Positions 12,401 through 23,216 of a DNA stretch of 64,000 nt are shown here, one piece after another. The stretch's first letter is position 1, and each line of letters begins with the position of its first letter. Below the pieces are notes generated by a model. That model saw nothing but the letters and a program-made list of their open reading frames with translations, was not told where the DNA came from and made no database searches. Origin of the DNA: Lepidodermella squamata (taxonomy: Eukaryota; Animalia; Gastrotricha); assembly GCA_047495785.1 (NCBI GenBank), contig JBLDXI010000004.1, forward strand, positions 806,001 through 870,000, given 5' to 3'. The translations under genes and the position numbers were made by a program.

Positions 12401-14050
12401 TTGAGGGATTACCCTTCTGCTGACACGCGTTGTGCCGAAGACAAAACCAATACTGTGCTGACGGTCCAAAAACCGTCACAAAAAATTGTTACCACTCCCC
12501 AAGTCCACAATACGAGACAAATGCAGCGTTTAGGCTCTTGGTCGCCAGTAGAGCAATGTAGAACCAGCCCTACCACACTAGAGAGCGTCGACAACGCAGA
12601 TATACAGAGCCAATACCGCTTTAGTGGTAATATCTGCTCGGAGACAAGTATGATAGTGGATGAAGACACGGATTCCGACACCGAAAGTAGTCAGACCACA
12701 GCGTACAAAACAGTCCCACTGAAACGATCGTCGCAGAACAGTCTCGGCTCGAACAGCTCCGACTTTTCGTCGAACAGCTCCTTTTCCCAAACCGGAAGGA
12801 AAAAGAAAAAGAGAGGCAAGAGAAACCAGGAACTCCCGGTTAGCAACATCCCCCAAAATCCAGCCGCAGTAACAAAACGCATGATACGGGAAAAGTGCAC
12901 GGTCATCATCGATGACGTCGAAGATCAGTTCCGTAACCTAGAAAACTTTGAAGAACGATTGATTGGCATATGGCCAGAATGTTGTATTGCCCAATCATCG
13001 ATTTTGCAGGGTGGTGGCGTCCGGATCGAGTTCACCTCCCCAGAAGCCGCCGAAAGTATCCTCGCCGAGTACCCACCGGGAGCGTTCGGCGAGCAAAGTA
13101 CAATAAGTCGCTCCAAAAAATATTTCGAGTTATTTCCGGAAGAAGGAAATCCCGCGCCACCGAAAACTGGTCGCCCCAAAACCAGCCACGAAGTCGCAAT
13201 ACTAGAACGAAGGGCCTGTCTTGTCACCAACCTTCAGCCCTACGTCTCCGCGGCAGAGCTTCTGCACGCCTTCGACCTTGAAGATTGCAGGAGACTCGAC
13301 AGAAACGCAGGGCTGGATGAGTATGCTGCCGAATTTGCCTCATCTCGCAGGTTTATCCTGATATTCAAAAACGCGGAAAACGCAGCAAAGGTCCCAGCAG
13401 GAGAGCTTCGCTATAAGGCGAGGCGGCTCGAAGGCAAGATTATGCAGCCGAGGCCGGAATGCCCTCGCTGTAGCAAATGTCAAAGCTTCAAACATGCTCG
13501 TAAGAACTGTCGCTCAGCTTGGAAGTGCCCTCATTGTGCCGGGCCCCATCCATTCAACCATTGCCAGGTCAAACAGGATGAACAAAAGAGGCAGTGCGCT
13601 AACTGTAACTCGAACAGCCATGGTGCAGGCTGGAGGGGCTGCTCGAGTCTTCGAGAGGCACAAAACGTTGTCATTAATCGAGTCAGACTTGATGTGAAAA
13701 AGATTCTGAACCCAGACAATAACGCAGCACCTTTGAATCAAACAGATAAACCAGCAAAGCCAGAACCGAAAAATCAACCAGGCGGCAACCGACCGCCTCA
13801 AAGGGACGCTACAAAAAGTCAGTCAAGTGAGCTGAATGTCGAAATAAAAAATCTTGTCGCAAAACTCGACGCACTGGCAGACGCACTAGCTGCTGTTCTA
13901 CAGGTTATCGCCATCGCCAATCCTAATTCGGCAGCTGCACTAGCTGAGCCCTTCAAAAACCTTAACAACGCGTTCAACAGAACCGAGCAAAAGCCTCGGG
14001 AAAACCGACCTGAAAATCCGACTCAAAATTCAACAGAAGGAAACTGGTGA
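12401..14050 (+). CDS. Non-LTR ORF1, gag-like nucleic-acid-binding protein (first ATG at 12521)
   Basis: CSKCQSFKHARKNC, CPHCAGPHPFNHC, CANCNSNSHGAGWRGC; basic GRKKKKRGKR stretch; predicted C-terminal coiled coil. Confidence 0.9.
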   Translation: MRDYPSADTRCAEDKTNTVLTVQKPSQKIVTTPQVHNTRQMQRLGSWSPVEQCRTSPTTLESVDNADIQSQYRFSGNICSETSMIVDEDTDSDTESSQTTAYKTVPLKRSSQNSLGSNSSDFSSNSSFSQTGRKKKKRGKRNQELPVSNIPQNPAAVTKRMIREKCTVIIDDVEDQFRNLENFEERLIGIWPECCIAQSSILQGGGVRIEFTSPEAAESILAEYPPGAFGEQSTISRSKKYFELFPEEGNPAPPKTGRPKTSHEVAILERRACLVTNLQPYVSAAELLHAFDLEDCRRLDRNAGLDEYAAEFASSRRFILIFKNAENAAKVPAGELRYKARRLEGKIMQPRPECPRCSKCQSFKHARKNCRSAWKCPHCAGPHPFNHCQVKQDEQKRQCANCNSNSHGAGWRGCSSLREAQNVVINRVRLDVKKILNPDNNAAPLNQTDKPAKPEPKNQPGGNRPPQRDATKSQSSELNVEIKNLVAKLDALADALAAVLQVIAIANPNSAAALAEPFKNLNNAFNRTEQKPRENRPENPTQNSTEGNW

Positions 14051-16958
14051 TTGTTCAGTGGAACGCCAGGGGACTCTGCCAAAAAAAGGCGGAGTTTAGA
14101 AAAATAATCGAGCTCTATAAACCGCACATAATACTTGTAAACGAAACACATTTTTGTACAGATAATATAGCTGATTTTGAGATCGAACATTATGTTTTAT
14201 TCAGCTGTTGTCGTCCCAACCAATCTTCAGTTGGATCAGCAATATTCGTTCATGAATCGGTCCCAATCGACCGTCAAATTTACACCAACAGAACCGCACT
14301 TAGTGAGTGGCTAGCAATCAGGATAGTCACCGAGAAAAGTCCAGATCTAATCATAGCAACAGGTTACACTTCCCCAAACGAAGAAATAGACCTATCGTTC
14401 CTCGAGAACGTCCTTGGAGGGATCGACTACAACGATAACGAAACCGCATGTGTATTCGCAGGGGACCTGAATGCCTGGCATGACTCTCTGAAAACCGGGG
14501 GAAAAGGAAACAACTCCTCCGGAATAGCCCTTAGCGAGTGGTTGTCAGCGGAGAATCACTACATTATGAGCGATGGTACCCCAACACACTTCTCTCACAA
14601 AGGTGTTGGTAGACAGATAGACATTTGGTTAGCCAACGAAAAAGGTCGGGCCTTAACCTCGAAGCCGCCAATTGTCGGTGGAAAATACGGCAGCGACCAC
14701 ACGGTCACAGTGATTGAGCTTAATCTCCCACACACCCACGCGTCAGCGACGGAGAAAATTAAAAAAACCGAGCTACGTCGCGACTGGAACAAAGTCAACT
14801 GGTCGAGTTTCCGCGCGAGGCTGCGATGCCATCTTAAAACCGTGGCAGAACCGACAAAACCGAAACCCGGAGACAACCTCTCCGCCATTGACCGTTACCA
14901 AGAAGCTATAGTCAAAGCCATTATATGTACCATAGAAGACACCGTTCCTCTGGTACCTGCAAACAAACTGCAAACCTGGCACCTGAATAGTGACATAGGT
15001 ACCGCAATAGACCAGCGAAACGAATTGCAAACACTTTTTGATCACACCGGACTACACTTCGTAAAAACCGAGGTTAACAAACTGACTAAGAAAATCAAGG
15101 CGTTGGTCCAACTGGAAAATGAAAAAGCTTGTAAAAAACACCTTGTACAAATCGCAAAGCATTTTAATGCTCAGATGAGCCGCCCTGGCTGGAAAGCAGC
15201 CAATCGACTGATGAAAAAGAATACGCGCCCTAAAAATATAGGGGCCATCAAAAACAGCAACGGTAAGACAACAGCGTGTCCGAAAGAGAAGGCTAGACTA
15301 ATACGCTCAACGTTTGCTAAGGTAGTTCAATCCCCACCCAGCAACAATCCGGTGCCAGAGAACATCATGTTCTGGTCAGAGACTGAGCAGAAATGTGATC
15401 GTGAACCTAGGCTCAAACCAGTGACGAACATAATCGGTGCACAGGAGAAGAAAGTCCGAATCCCCAAACAAGCAATGCGCAGAATGGCCAAACGCCTGAA
15501 AAAATGGAAGTCGCCTGGTATCGACGAAGTTCCCAACATCGCCATCAAAAATGGGGGTAGCTCGCTTCTCAAACACCTTAGGTGCCTATTTGAACTTAGC
15601 CTAAACTGCGGCTATCAACCTAAACAGTGGAAGATTGCCATCATAACTCCTATCCTGAAAGAAGGAAAAGACAGTTGCCTACCAGAGTCGTATCGGCCAA
15701 TCTCGCTGTTATCCAGCATCGGTAAAGCTTTAGAGCTTATCGTCGCTGCTTTTTTTAGTAATTGGCTGGAAAACAAAGGGTTCCTACCCGACCACCAATT
15801 CGGATTCCGCCGAAGAAAATCCACAGTAGATCCCCTGTTTAGACTAATTAGCGACGCCGCATTGGCAATGGCGAGACACCTTAAACTAGTCGCCGTCGCT
15901 CTCGATTTCCGTGCTGCGTTTGACTGTGTGTGGCACGACGGCTTGAGAGAAAAGCTTCTCAATTGCCAAGCACCTGAATTCCTAGTCAGGTGGGTCTCTG
16001 ACTTTCTACGCGATCGTTCCTTCTTCGTGAAAATAGAAGAAGAGTCCTCAGAAATTTTTCCTATCAAATGCGGAGTCCCACAAGGAAGCCCCCTTTCCCC
16101 CTATTGTTTATTTTTTTTACCTCAGATATGCAGGATAGAGCCTGCGCGCCAAACGATGCGTTCGCCGCTGGTTCGGTTGCCCGAGCGACCTTTGCCGATG
16201 ACGCTCTCAACTGGGCTGCTGCCAAGTCTTATGGGGTCGCCTGTCGCCGCATCGAAGACAAGCTACACGGAGTCACGACCTGGTGCGACAGGTGGCGGCT
16301 GGCTATCAACCTACAAAAATGTGAGGTTATCGTCTTTGGTAACTACAACAAGAAACCCAAGGCCCGTGTCCGGCTCAATGGGAAAGAAATTCCCCAAGTC
16401 TCGTCGTTGAAATACCTGGGAGTTACGCTCACCCCACGCTTGAGCTGGGACGAACATTTGTCAAAGCTGTCAGCGAAGGCTCGGCCTCGAGCCGGTGTCA
16501 TCCGGTCGATGATGAACAAAAAGGTGCTTGACGACAAAATCGGCATTATGTTCCACCGTGCGATGATCGAAAGCTTACTAATATACGCTGCCCCGGCTTG
16601 GATCTGTCTCTGCCCAACGGCAGAGGCAAAATTGATAGCATTGCAGGTCAACGGCCTCAAGGCGGCTCTCGACCTTCCTTTCGAAGCGGACGATGCGGGT
16701 ACAATTGCGATATCTGGCGTACCATGTATCACAGAGACCTTCCAAAAAATGGCGAATAATTACGTCAAACGATGCTTTGAAGGCAACCAGCTCATGATTG
16801 AATACATCAACCACGTCACGGTCTGCGGCAGCAAGTTCGACAAGAAAAGTCGAAAATACCTCGATGAACACTGTCCTGCGTGGAGACTGAGGAATCTCGT
16901 GCCGCCGTTTGTCGTGACCGAGACTACCTCGGAAGAAGATTGGATGCAATTAATTTAG
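14047..16958 (+). CDS. Non-LTR ORF2, apurinic-like endonuclease + reverse transcriptase; one 1-nt frameshift at ~16097-16101
   Basis: APE motifs QWNARG, NETH, GDLNA, SDH. RT motifs KSPGIDEV, YRPISLLS, QFGFR, LDFRAAFD, GVPQGSPLSP, then FADD and KYLGV in the next frame. Adding one C to the C-run restores SPLLFIFFTSDM. Confidence 0.92.
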
Positions 16959-17571
16959 TCCTGCTTAATACCTACTTTATCATGTTACATTGCACAATAA
17001 TAGCATCAATTCGAAAAGCAATGATTTAATTCCCTTTGTTTTTGTAAATTTAGGCAGGCTAGCACGTCAATCTGAGCTGCGGGGATCGGCTATGGTGTCC
17101 AGTTGTTGCCGTCGTGGGGCCGCTGCCAGCACGGATCCGGAAAATCAATTCGGCAACCTAGTCGAACTGTCCTGTTCCGAGGCCTTTTCACGCACTCTGC
17201 ATGTTGAATGTTGCACCAAAGCACCTGCATGGCCGGCGTTTGCCGGCAAGTTGGTCGAAATTATTGGCCCAAACGTTGAAATGCTCGCTATCCGCGAAAC
17301 CGTGCTGGTTGCGGCACCCGATGTGGCGACTTCGGCGCCGGCCCTTTCCCCGTCTTGCTGGGAAATTCGACGTTCTAACCTGCACAAATAAGACTCTGAA
17401 AATGTACCTATGTTTAACTAGTTGATCCTGAGCCGTAGCGACGCAAGTCGGGAGGCTGACTCATATTTTTTATTGTAATTTGTAATTAGCGATAGGAATA
17501 AGAATAAAACCTACATTTACCAAGATTTTTTCTTGGGATTATGCCAAAAATGAACCAAATATTCTCAATTT

Positions 17572-20500
17572 AAGAGGTTTATGAAAATCATCAGGCGACC
17601 CCCGCGACCCCCGGCTGAGTCGGCGACCCCCAGTTTGAGAAACCCTGGGTTATCCCCAAACTCGTCCAGACCAATTGTGCGAAGTAGGATCCGGGAGCTT
17701 GTTTTCTATCACCGAGCCGAAAAAAACCAAAGGGTCTCTCGTGTGGTTTTTCAGCCTTCCTCTTGCTGAAGTCCCGGACACCCCAGCAACCCTGTACTTT
17801 GTACCCTGACCAGACAAGACAACGAAATGAGAAATCTAATCTCAGGGGTTTTGAACCGTGTATTAAGGGAACATCTTTTACATTTTCTTCCTTCGCCAGT
17901 CGAATTTTGGCAAAATCAGGAAAAAATATTTCTTAGCAGCGCCGGGATCCATGATCGTACCCTGGAAATCCTTGAAAACATTGATCTAGTTTCCACGAGG
18001 GCGTCTAAATTTAATTTGATGTAGGGTCCGAATGCATTCAAGGTTGTGTCAAACTTCGAAGTGCCGAATTTCACACAAGACAGAGCGAGAAAGAGGTGTT
18101 TACGCGTTGCACCAGACGGGCGATTGGCAATCATTGCTGACGAGGCAGATCGTCAAGCTGTATACACGTCGATGGTGAGTGAGAATGTTAAAAAAACCTA
18201 CGTCGGTTTGAGGAAAACAAACGGCCAGTGGTTGTGGGGCGATGGTACCCCGTATGTTGGCATTCCACCATGGGGCTCGGGCAAGCCGGATGGTGCCAAG
18301 TTGGGCTATTGTGTTGGCCTGGCGGCTATCGAATCAGGCTCATTGGTGTTGACGGACGGCTCTTGCGATGAGCCATCTGCCGAGGCAGCAGTCTGCGAGT
18401 CGAATATGATTCCCTAGTGACCACAGTGACGCCTGGTGAAAACAAGAAATGAAAAGTAGCCGCTAATGTGTGACAGATGAGACTTGAGCTTATGTTTGCG
18501 ACTGGTATGCCTGGTGCCTGGCTACGCCAATAAAGAAATGTAAAGAGCTTATTGCGTTGAAATTGTATTTTCGTCTGATATTAAAATCTCTCAGAGAGCG
18601 AAGTGCCGCATGGGATGTTAGAAATCATGTTGTCGAATCTGCGCGAATGATGAAATCCCGAAGAATTTTCGATTTCACGGAACAAAATTCGCAAGTTATG
18701 ACTCTTTTCAAGGATAACGATTCTCTTCCATTGTTGCTCTCCACCAGTTCTGCTCAGGTTTTCGCATATTCACAAGCTTCAAAAACATACCTAATTTTTT
18801 TATTCACATACTTTTTTTGCGGAAAGAGAGCGGAGACAGGGAGAAAATAAGTTTTAAAGATTTGGTTGCTTTTGCTGTTGAACTTAACCGACTTCATAAC
18901 TGAGCACCATCAGCTTTATTGTGATGAATTTGAGATGAATCGTATTTGCCTTCACATTTTCTTGGCAAGACTCATCGAACAATTTTTTATGGTTGTAATC
19001 GGAGCAGGGGATATTTTCAAGGTGCGGTATATTAATGATCCATCACAAATTTCCCAGAAAAAGGCTAAATAGTGCCAACGCCGCTGTTGTTTTATTTTTT
19101 ATTGGACCGAAATATGATGAAGGGAGGATAAGCAAAGCTTATTTTTGTGTAAATTCAAGTAATATACGATCGGACCACGTTATCAGCCATAAATCAGTAA
19201 TACTGGACGAATATTTGAAAATGAATGGTCTGGACCCTGACCACAGCCTCTCCCACTTCGCCCTTCCTGCCTTTATTGGGGTAACACTTATAATTTATAA
19301 TATTATGCCCAGCCCAAGTTGAGCAACAGACTTATGGGGTGGTTATTAAGATTTTGTTATTTTTTTACTCGCGCTCCGAGTGACGGGGTAGTAGTTAGAG
19401 GTGCGGTATATTTATGATAAAACGGAAAGTTTTGTAGGGTTGTATTCGGGGTGGGGGATATTATCGAGGTGCGGTATATTTTCGAGAAATGCGGTAAATT
19501 CGCTCCATCAACCCATCTTTCGGTCCGCATAAGTCAGCCACATGAACGTTGAAAAAATAATTCAGAAATCAGGAAAAAGCGTTGGTAATTGCCATTTTAA
19601 CAAGCTAATCCCAAGTCCCCACCGTTGCGTGTTATATGTTATGTGCTGTTTTATCTCTCGCACTTTTTTAACCCTGATATTTTATTTCCAATATTACGTG
19701 TTCTCCATCAAAATGTTATCACCGTAGAAGACTCTAGGACTTAATTTCTTCCTTACAAGGGCGACTATTCAATACACTCTCTATCGGAGCGGTATTTTCA
19801 TTTTTGACATAGATAGCCCTCTGCAGAGGACGCGTCGCAAGAGCTATCCTTCAGTTTAAGCGAACCAGACTCAATCGTCGCTAGGCCAACGCAATAGCCC
19901 AGCAGTTCACTATTCGGCATGCCTGCAGCCCAAGGCGGAATACCATCGCCCCACAGCCACGTGCCATTCACTTTTGAAAGGTCAATGTACACCCAAGAAT
20001 GATGCGATTTTGCAATAGCCGCGTATGCAGCTTGAACTTCAGCCTGACTTTTGATTGTGGCCAATCGAGCGGTTGGAGACCAACTCCAGGTTTTCGCGTT
20101 GCTTTGCAGAATAGGACCTTCTCTAGATTGCACATCGAAACCTCGGAAAATTTAAGTAGATGACTTCTACCAAAATTCAAGGAGCTCACAGCGGTTGTAA
20201 TGTCTGTAAGGCAGTAGCCATGATTTTCTTGAAATATCGACCCGTTTGAATAAATTTTCGCCTACACTAGGATAACGCAAAATGAAGAATTTAGCGAACA
20301 GATATAAATTACCTGCGTGAATGATTTCGGGCAAATCGAATAGCAAGATTTGTTTCCAGCCGCGTCAAGGCATTGAACCGCATTCTTTTCAGGACAACAT
20401 TTTTCAAAAAAGCTGGCATGAATCTCCGCAAAAGATTTACCCCAATCAAACATTTTTCGCGATTCATGTAGACGCTGGGTGAGTAAAGCTGGGTCTCGTT

Positions 20501-21123
20501 GTTGGCAAAGCAGCCGCTGCTTTGAGGTCGACAGCTGTTGAAAATCCCATTCGAGGAATTGAAACAACGGACGTGCTGGGTCTCGCTTGTCGGCACAGTC
20601 ACTGCGGGTAGCAAATTTCGATCATTCGATTTATAGAAGGCTTAAAAACACCCACATTCCCCGTCGGTACACAATGTCAGATTCATGTACACAGTCGATT
20701 CAGTTACCTGAAAAAATTCATGTATCAATCATCGGGAATCATGGAAAACAAAAGTAGGCCATCAGTTGGTCATTTGTTACCCAATTGTTCGGGCAAGTGA
20801 AATTTTTGGGGACAGTTTTGATATCGCCGTTTAACGAATTGCAGGGTCTAAGAGGGAGAGCTTAAATATCAAGCAATTTCAATAAATGGCGTTACGCTGA
20901 ATTCAATCTTGTTCGCCTCGCAAGCGTTGAAGTTGTATTTGAAGCTCAAAGTTTGCGTTGAATTTGCGAACAAGAAGAGCTGATAAACATAGGACATTAT
21001 AGGAAATTAGGCTGCCGTTCAAACTCTTTCGTATTATTAGTAAGATGAGCTTGTGGTGATTTTTGCTCGCTTTAGCAGAAAAAAATGAAGTACTCACATT
21101 CATTTCATCTTGAGGATTACAGC
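17572..21123 (+). repeat. 3552-bp direct repeat, copy 2
   Basis: See 8742-12293. Confidence 0.95.
18025..18417 (+). pseudogene. Orphan duplicate of the B' terminal CTLD exon
   Basis: Same translation as 9195-9587 except one A>V; no upstream exons. Confidence 0.85.
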
Positions 21124-21626
21124 CAATGTTATTTGGCACGCAGGACGGAGTCAGTGATTCGTATTTCGACATTTCTGTTAATAAAGAAGGAATAACGCAA
21201 TATAATTTTCACGGGGGTTAATAAAATGTAACCGCACTATCCGGAAATCTCACGAAAACATTGCAAGCTTTCGGGGTGATTTTTATTGTTTTTTTAAGGT
21301 AACATCTTTTGCGATTGAGAAATTGAGAATTAACAACAGAAATTCACTTACACCACGATTGCAGCTGCCTTCCCTGAGAAAAACAAGTCCAAGCTGGAGG
21401 AAAAGAATTGTTATGAAATTGCCGTCGTCAAATTATTGCTGAAATTACTTGGAATTGGCGAAGCGGATCACAGGCTTTAGCTGCTTTGACGCAGGACGTG
21501 AATTTTTCATTCAACTGCGAGCTGCGAGAAGCATCGCACCCAGTTCAGCGACTTCGTTTTACTGGAAACTGGGTTGATCAGGACCAGAACGGCCACGTAC
21601 AGCAAAGCAAAGTGGATGGATTTCAT
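19798..21626 (-). pseudogene. Subtype C pseudogene C'
   Basis: Starts MKSIHFALLYVAVLVLINPVSSKTKSLNWVRCFSQ, then a 7-nt tandem duplication (CTGCGAG x2 at ~21515-21528) shifts the frame. Further small deletions in exons 3, 5 and the CTLD relative to C at 47792-49883. Confidence 0.88.
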
Positions 21627-22192
21627 ATGAATCAGAATCTAAAATGACATAGAGCGAAGTAGGACCACAGAATTGAAAGCAAGTTCAATTCTAAAGTCTA
21701 GAAAATCACATTGGTATTGGGTGCAACGGCCAAAAATTGTCACCAATCTAGGCTATTTCTGCTTTGATCTAACAAATTTTCACGTCCCAATTCTCTCAAT
21801 CGTCCATAGCGTTTCCCACTGCGATGGCCTGATTTACATTATAGGTATTGTCCTTTGTTATTCTTTATATTTTTGTGATTAAATTCAAATTTCAAATTGT
21901 CACTCGGCACCGAAATTATTGCCTAAGGCATTGTTGTTTTTTTTTTCGTTTTTGAAAATCACGAATTGGCCGATTGTGCCCGAAGTCAACACACGGTGGT
22001 TGTAATGCATAAAAATCACCTAAAAGTCTTGGCCATCTCTAATTCACTCATTTCGATTTCCTGCTCAATCAAAAACAGCAAATAACATGAAGTCTTGTAA
22101 ATAGATTCATTACAGGTGTATGTTACAGCTGTTGGTGATCGCTTTGACGGGAAAATTTTCATAATTTTTTCGTTGAAATTCATTGAATAAGA

Positions 22193-22923
22193 CAGTGGTT
22201 CCCAAACTTTTTGTCTCGTACGACACGGCAGTGTCCTATGAAAATGGCTCGTAGGACACCTGGTAAAATGACTGAAATTTGGTTGGGAATGGCTACAGTT
22301 TTTTTAGATAAAAATTGATTGCTTGTTAAAATTTGTTTTTGATGGCTACCCGGCTACCTAGCTCGAAACTCGAAATTGATAAAATCACAGGTGAAATTTA
22401 AAATAACGGCGAGCGAAGCGAGGAAATTTTAAGAATTCGACACTGAAAAATGACACATAACATCGTAAAAATTCTTACTAATTTTTACAGAAATGTAGTT
22501 CGCTCTTAATTAGGAAATTTCAAATAGTAATGTCATCATGTACAATCTGTGACGTGCTTGAATAACAAGGCCAGTTTAAAAAATTAATTCTATCGTTTAA
22601 TATCGTCTCTTGAAAAGAGATTCGGCCATACTACGCTTACGGCCATGCTACGTAGAAAGCACCTGTGCCCGTCCGAACGGAGGTATCCGCCATAAAATAG
22701 TTCATAAATAGGCAAATCGCGAGCGAAGCGAGCTTTAGCTGACGGTTTTTTTCCGTTTTTTAGTCTGAAAATGGTCCAAAATGCCTTGTTTCTTAGTCTG
22801 AATCTATTGTTGCCATTTTGTCATTTTGAGGCCCGTAGGACACCAGTGTCCTACAGGACACTTGAAAGTTAGCAAAGTACACGAGTGTCCTATAGGACAC
22901 GGTTTGGGAAACGGTTTGGGCTG
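22193..22923. mobile_element. Non-autonomous hAT element with 8-bp TSD
   Basis: Perfect TSD GAATAAGA (22185-22192, 22924-22931). Termini CAGTGGTTCCCAAAC / GTTTGGGAAACGGTTTGGGCTG; subterminal GTGTCCTA / TAGGACAC repeats. Confidence 0.88.
22635..22678 (+). pseudogene. 5S rRNA-like 5' fragment inside the hAT element
   Basis: GCTTACGGCCATGCTACGTAGAAAGCACCTGTGCCCGTCCGAAC resembles the first ~45 nt of eukaryotic 5S rRNA; similarity ends before box A. Confidence 0.6.
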
Positions 22924-23216
22924 GAATAAGACGATTGTTAAAAATCAAGGATCAAGGTCATAGGTAAAGTGGCAAAAATTTCAATGGCCAATGTTCTTAT
23001 TATCAATGTATTGTCCAAGGCATTGTGGACAAAATTTTGATTGCACGCGATCGACCGCCGCGTTTCTCATTAATTGGCTAAGTGTGCTCCAATCTCCAAT
23101 CAACAGGGTGGTTCGAAAAACCACGTAAAAATTGTGGCCATCCTCAAATCATTCATTCAACTTTTCAGCTGATAACAATTTAGTTTTATTTCTTCAAAAT
23201 AGTGTATTTATTACGG

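Larger units (their letters stand above)
12294..17520 (+). mobile_element. Near full-length non-LTR retrotransposon, APE-RT type with gag-like ORF1 (Jockey/I-group-like)
   Basis: ORF1 has three CCHC knuckles; ORF2 has APE and RT; ~560-nt 3' UTR with AATAAA at ~17503. The 5' junction is set by divergence from the uninterrupted exon at 21123. The 3' end is approximate and has no poly(A). Confidence 0.92.

Noticed and set aside
16990-17391. 133-aa ORF after LINE ORF2 (possible ORF3)
   Set aside because: TTG start, no recognisable motif, and open frames on both strands as expected for GC-rich UTR sequence.
22635-22678. Functional 5S rRNA gene
   Set aside because: Only ~44 nt of similarity, no internal promoter boxes, and embedded in a transposon.
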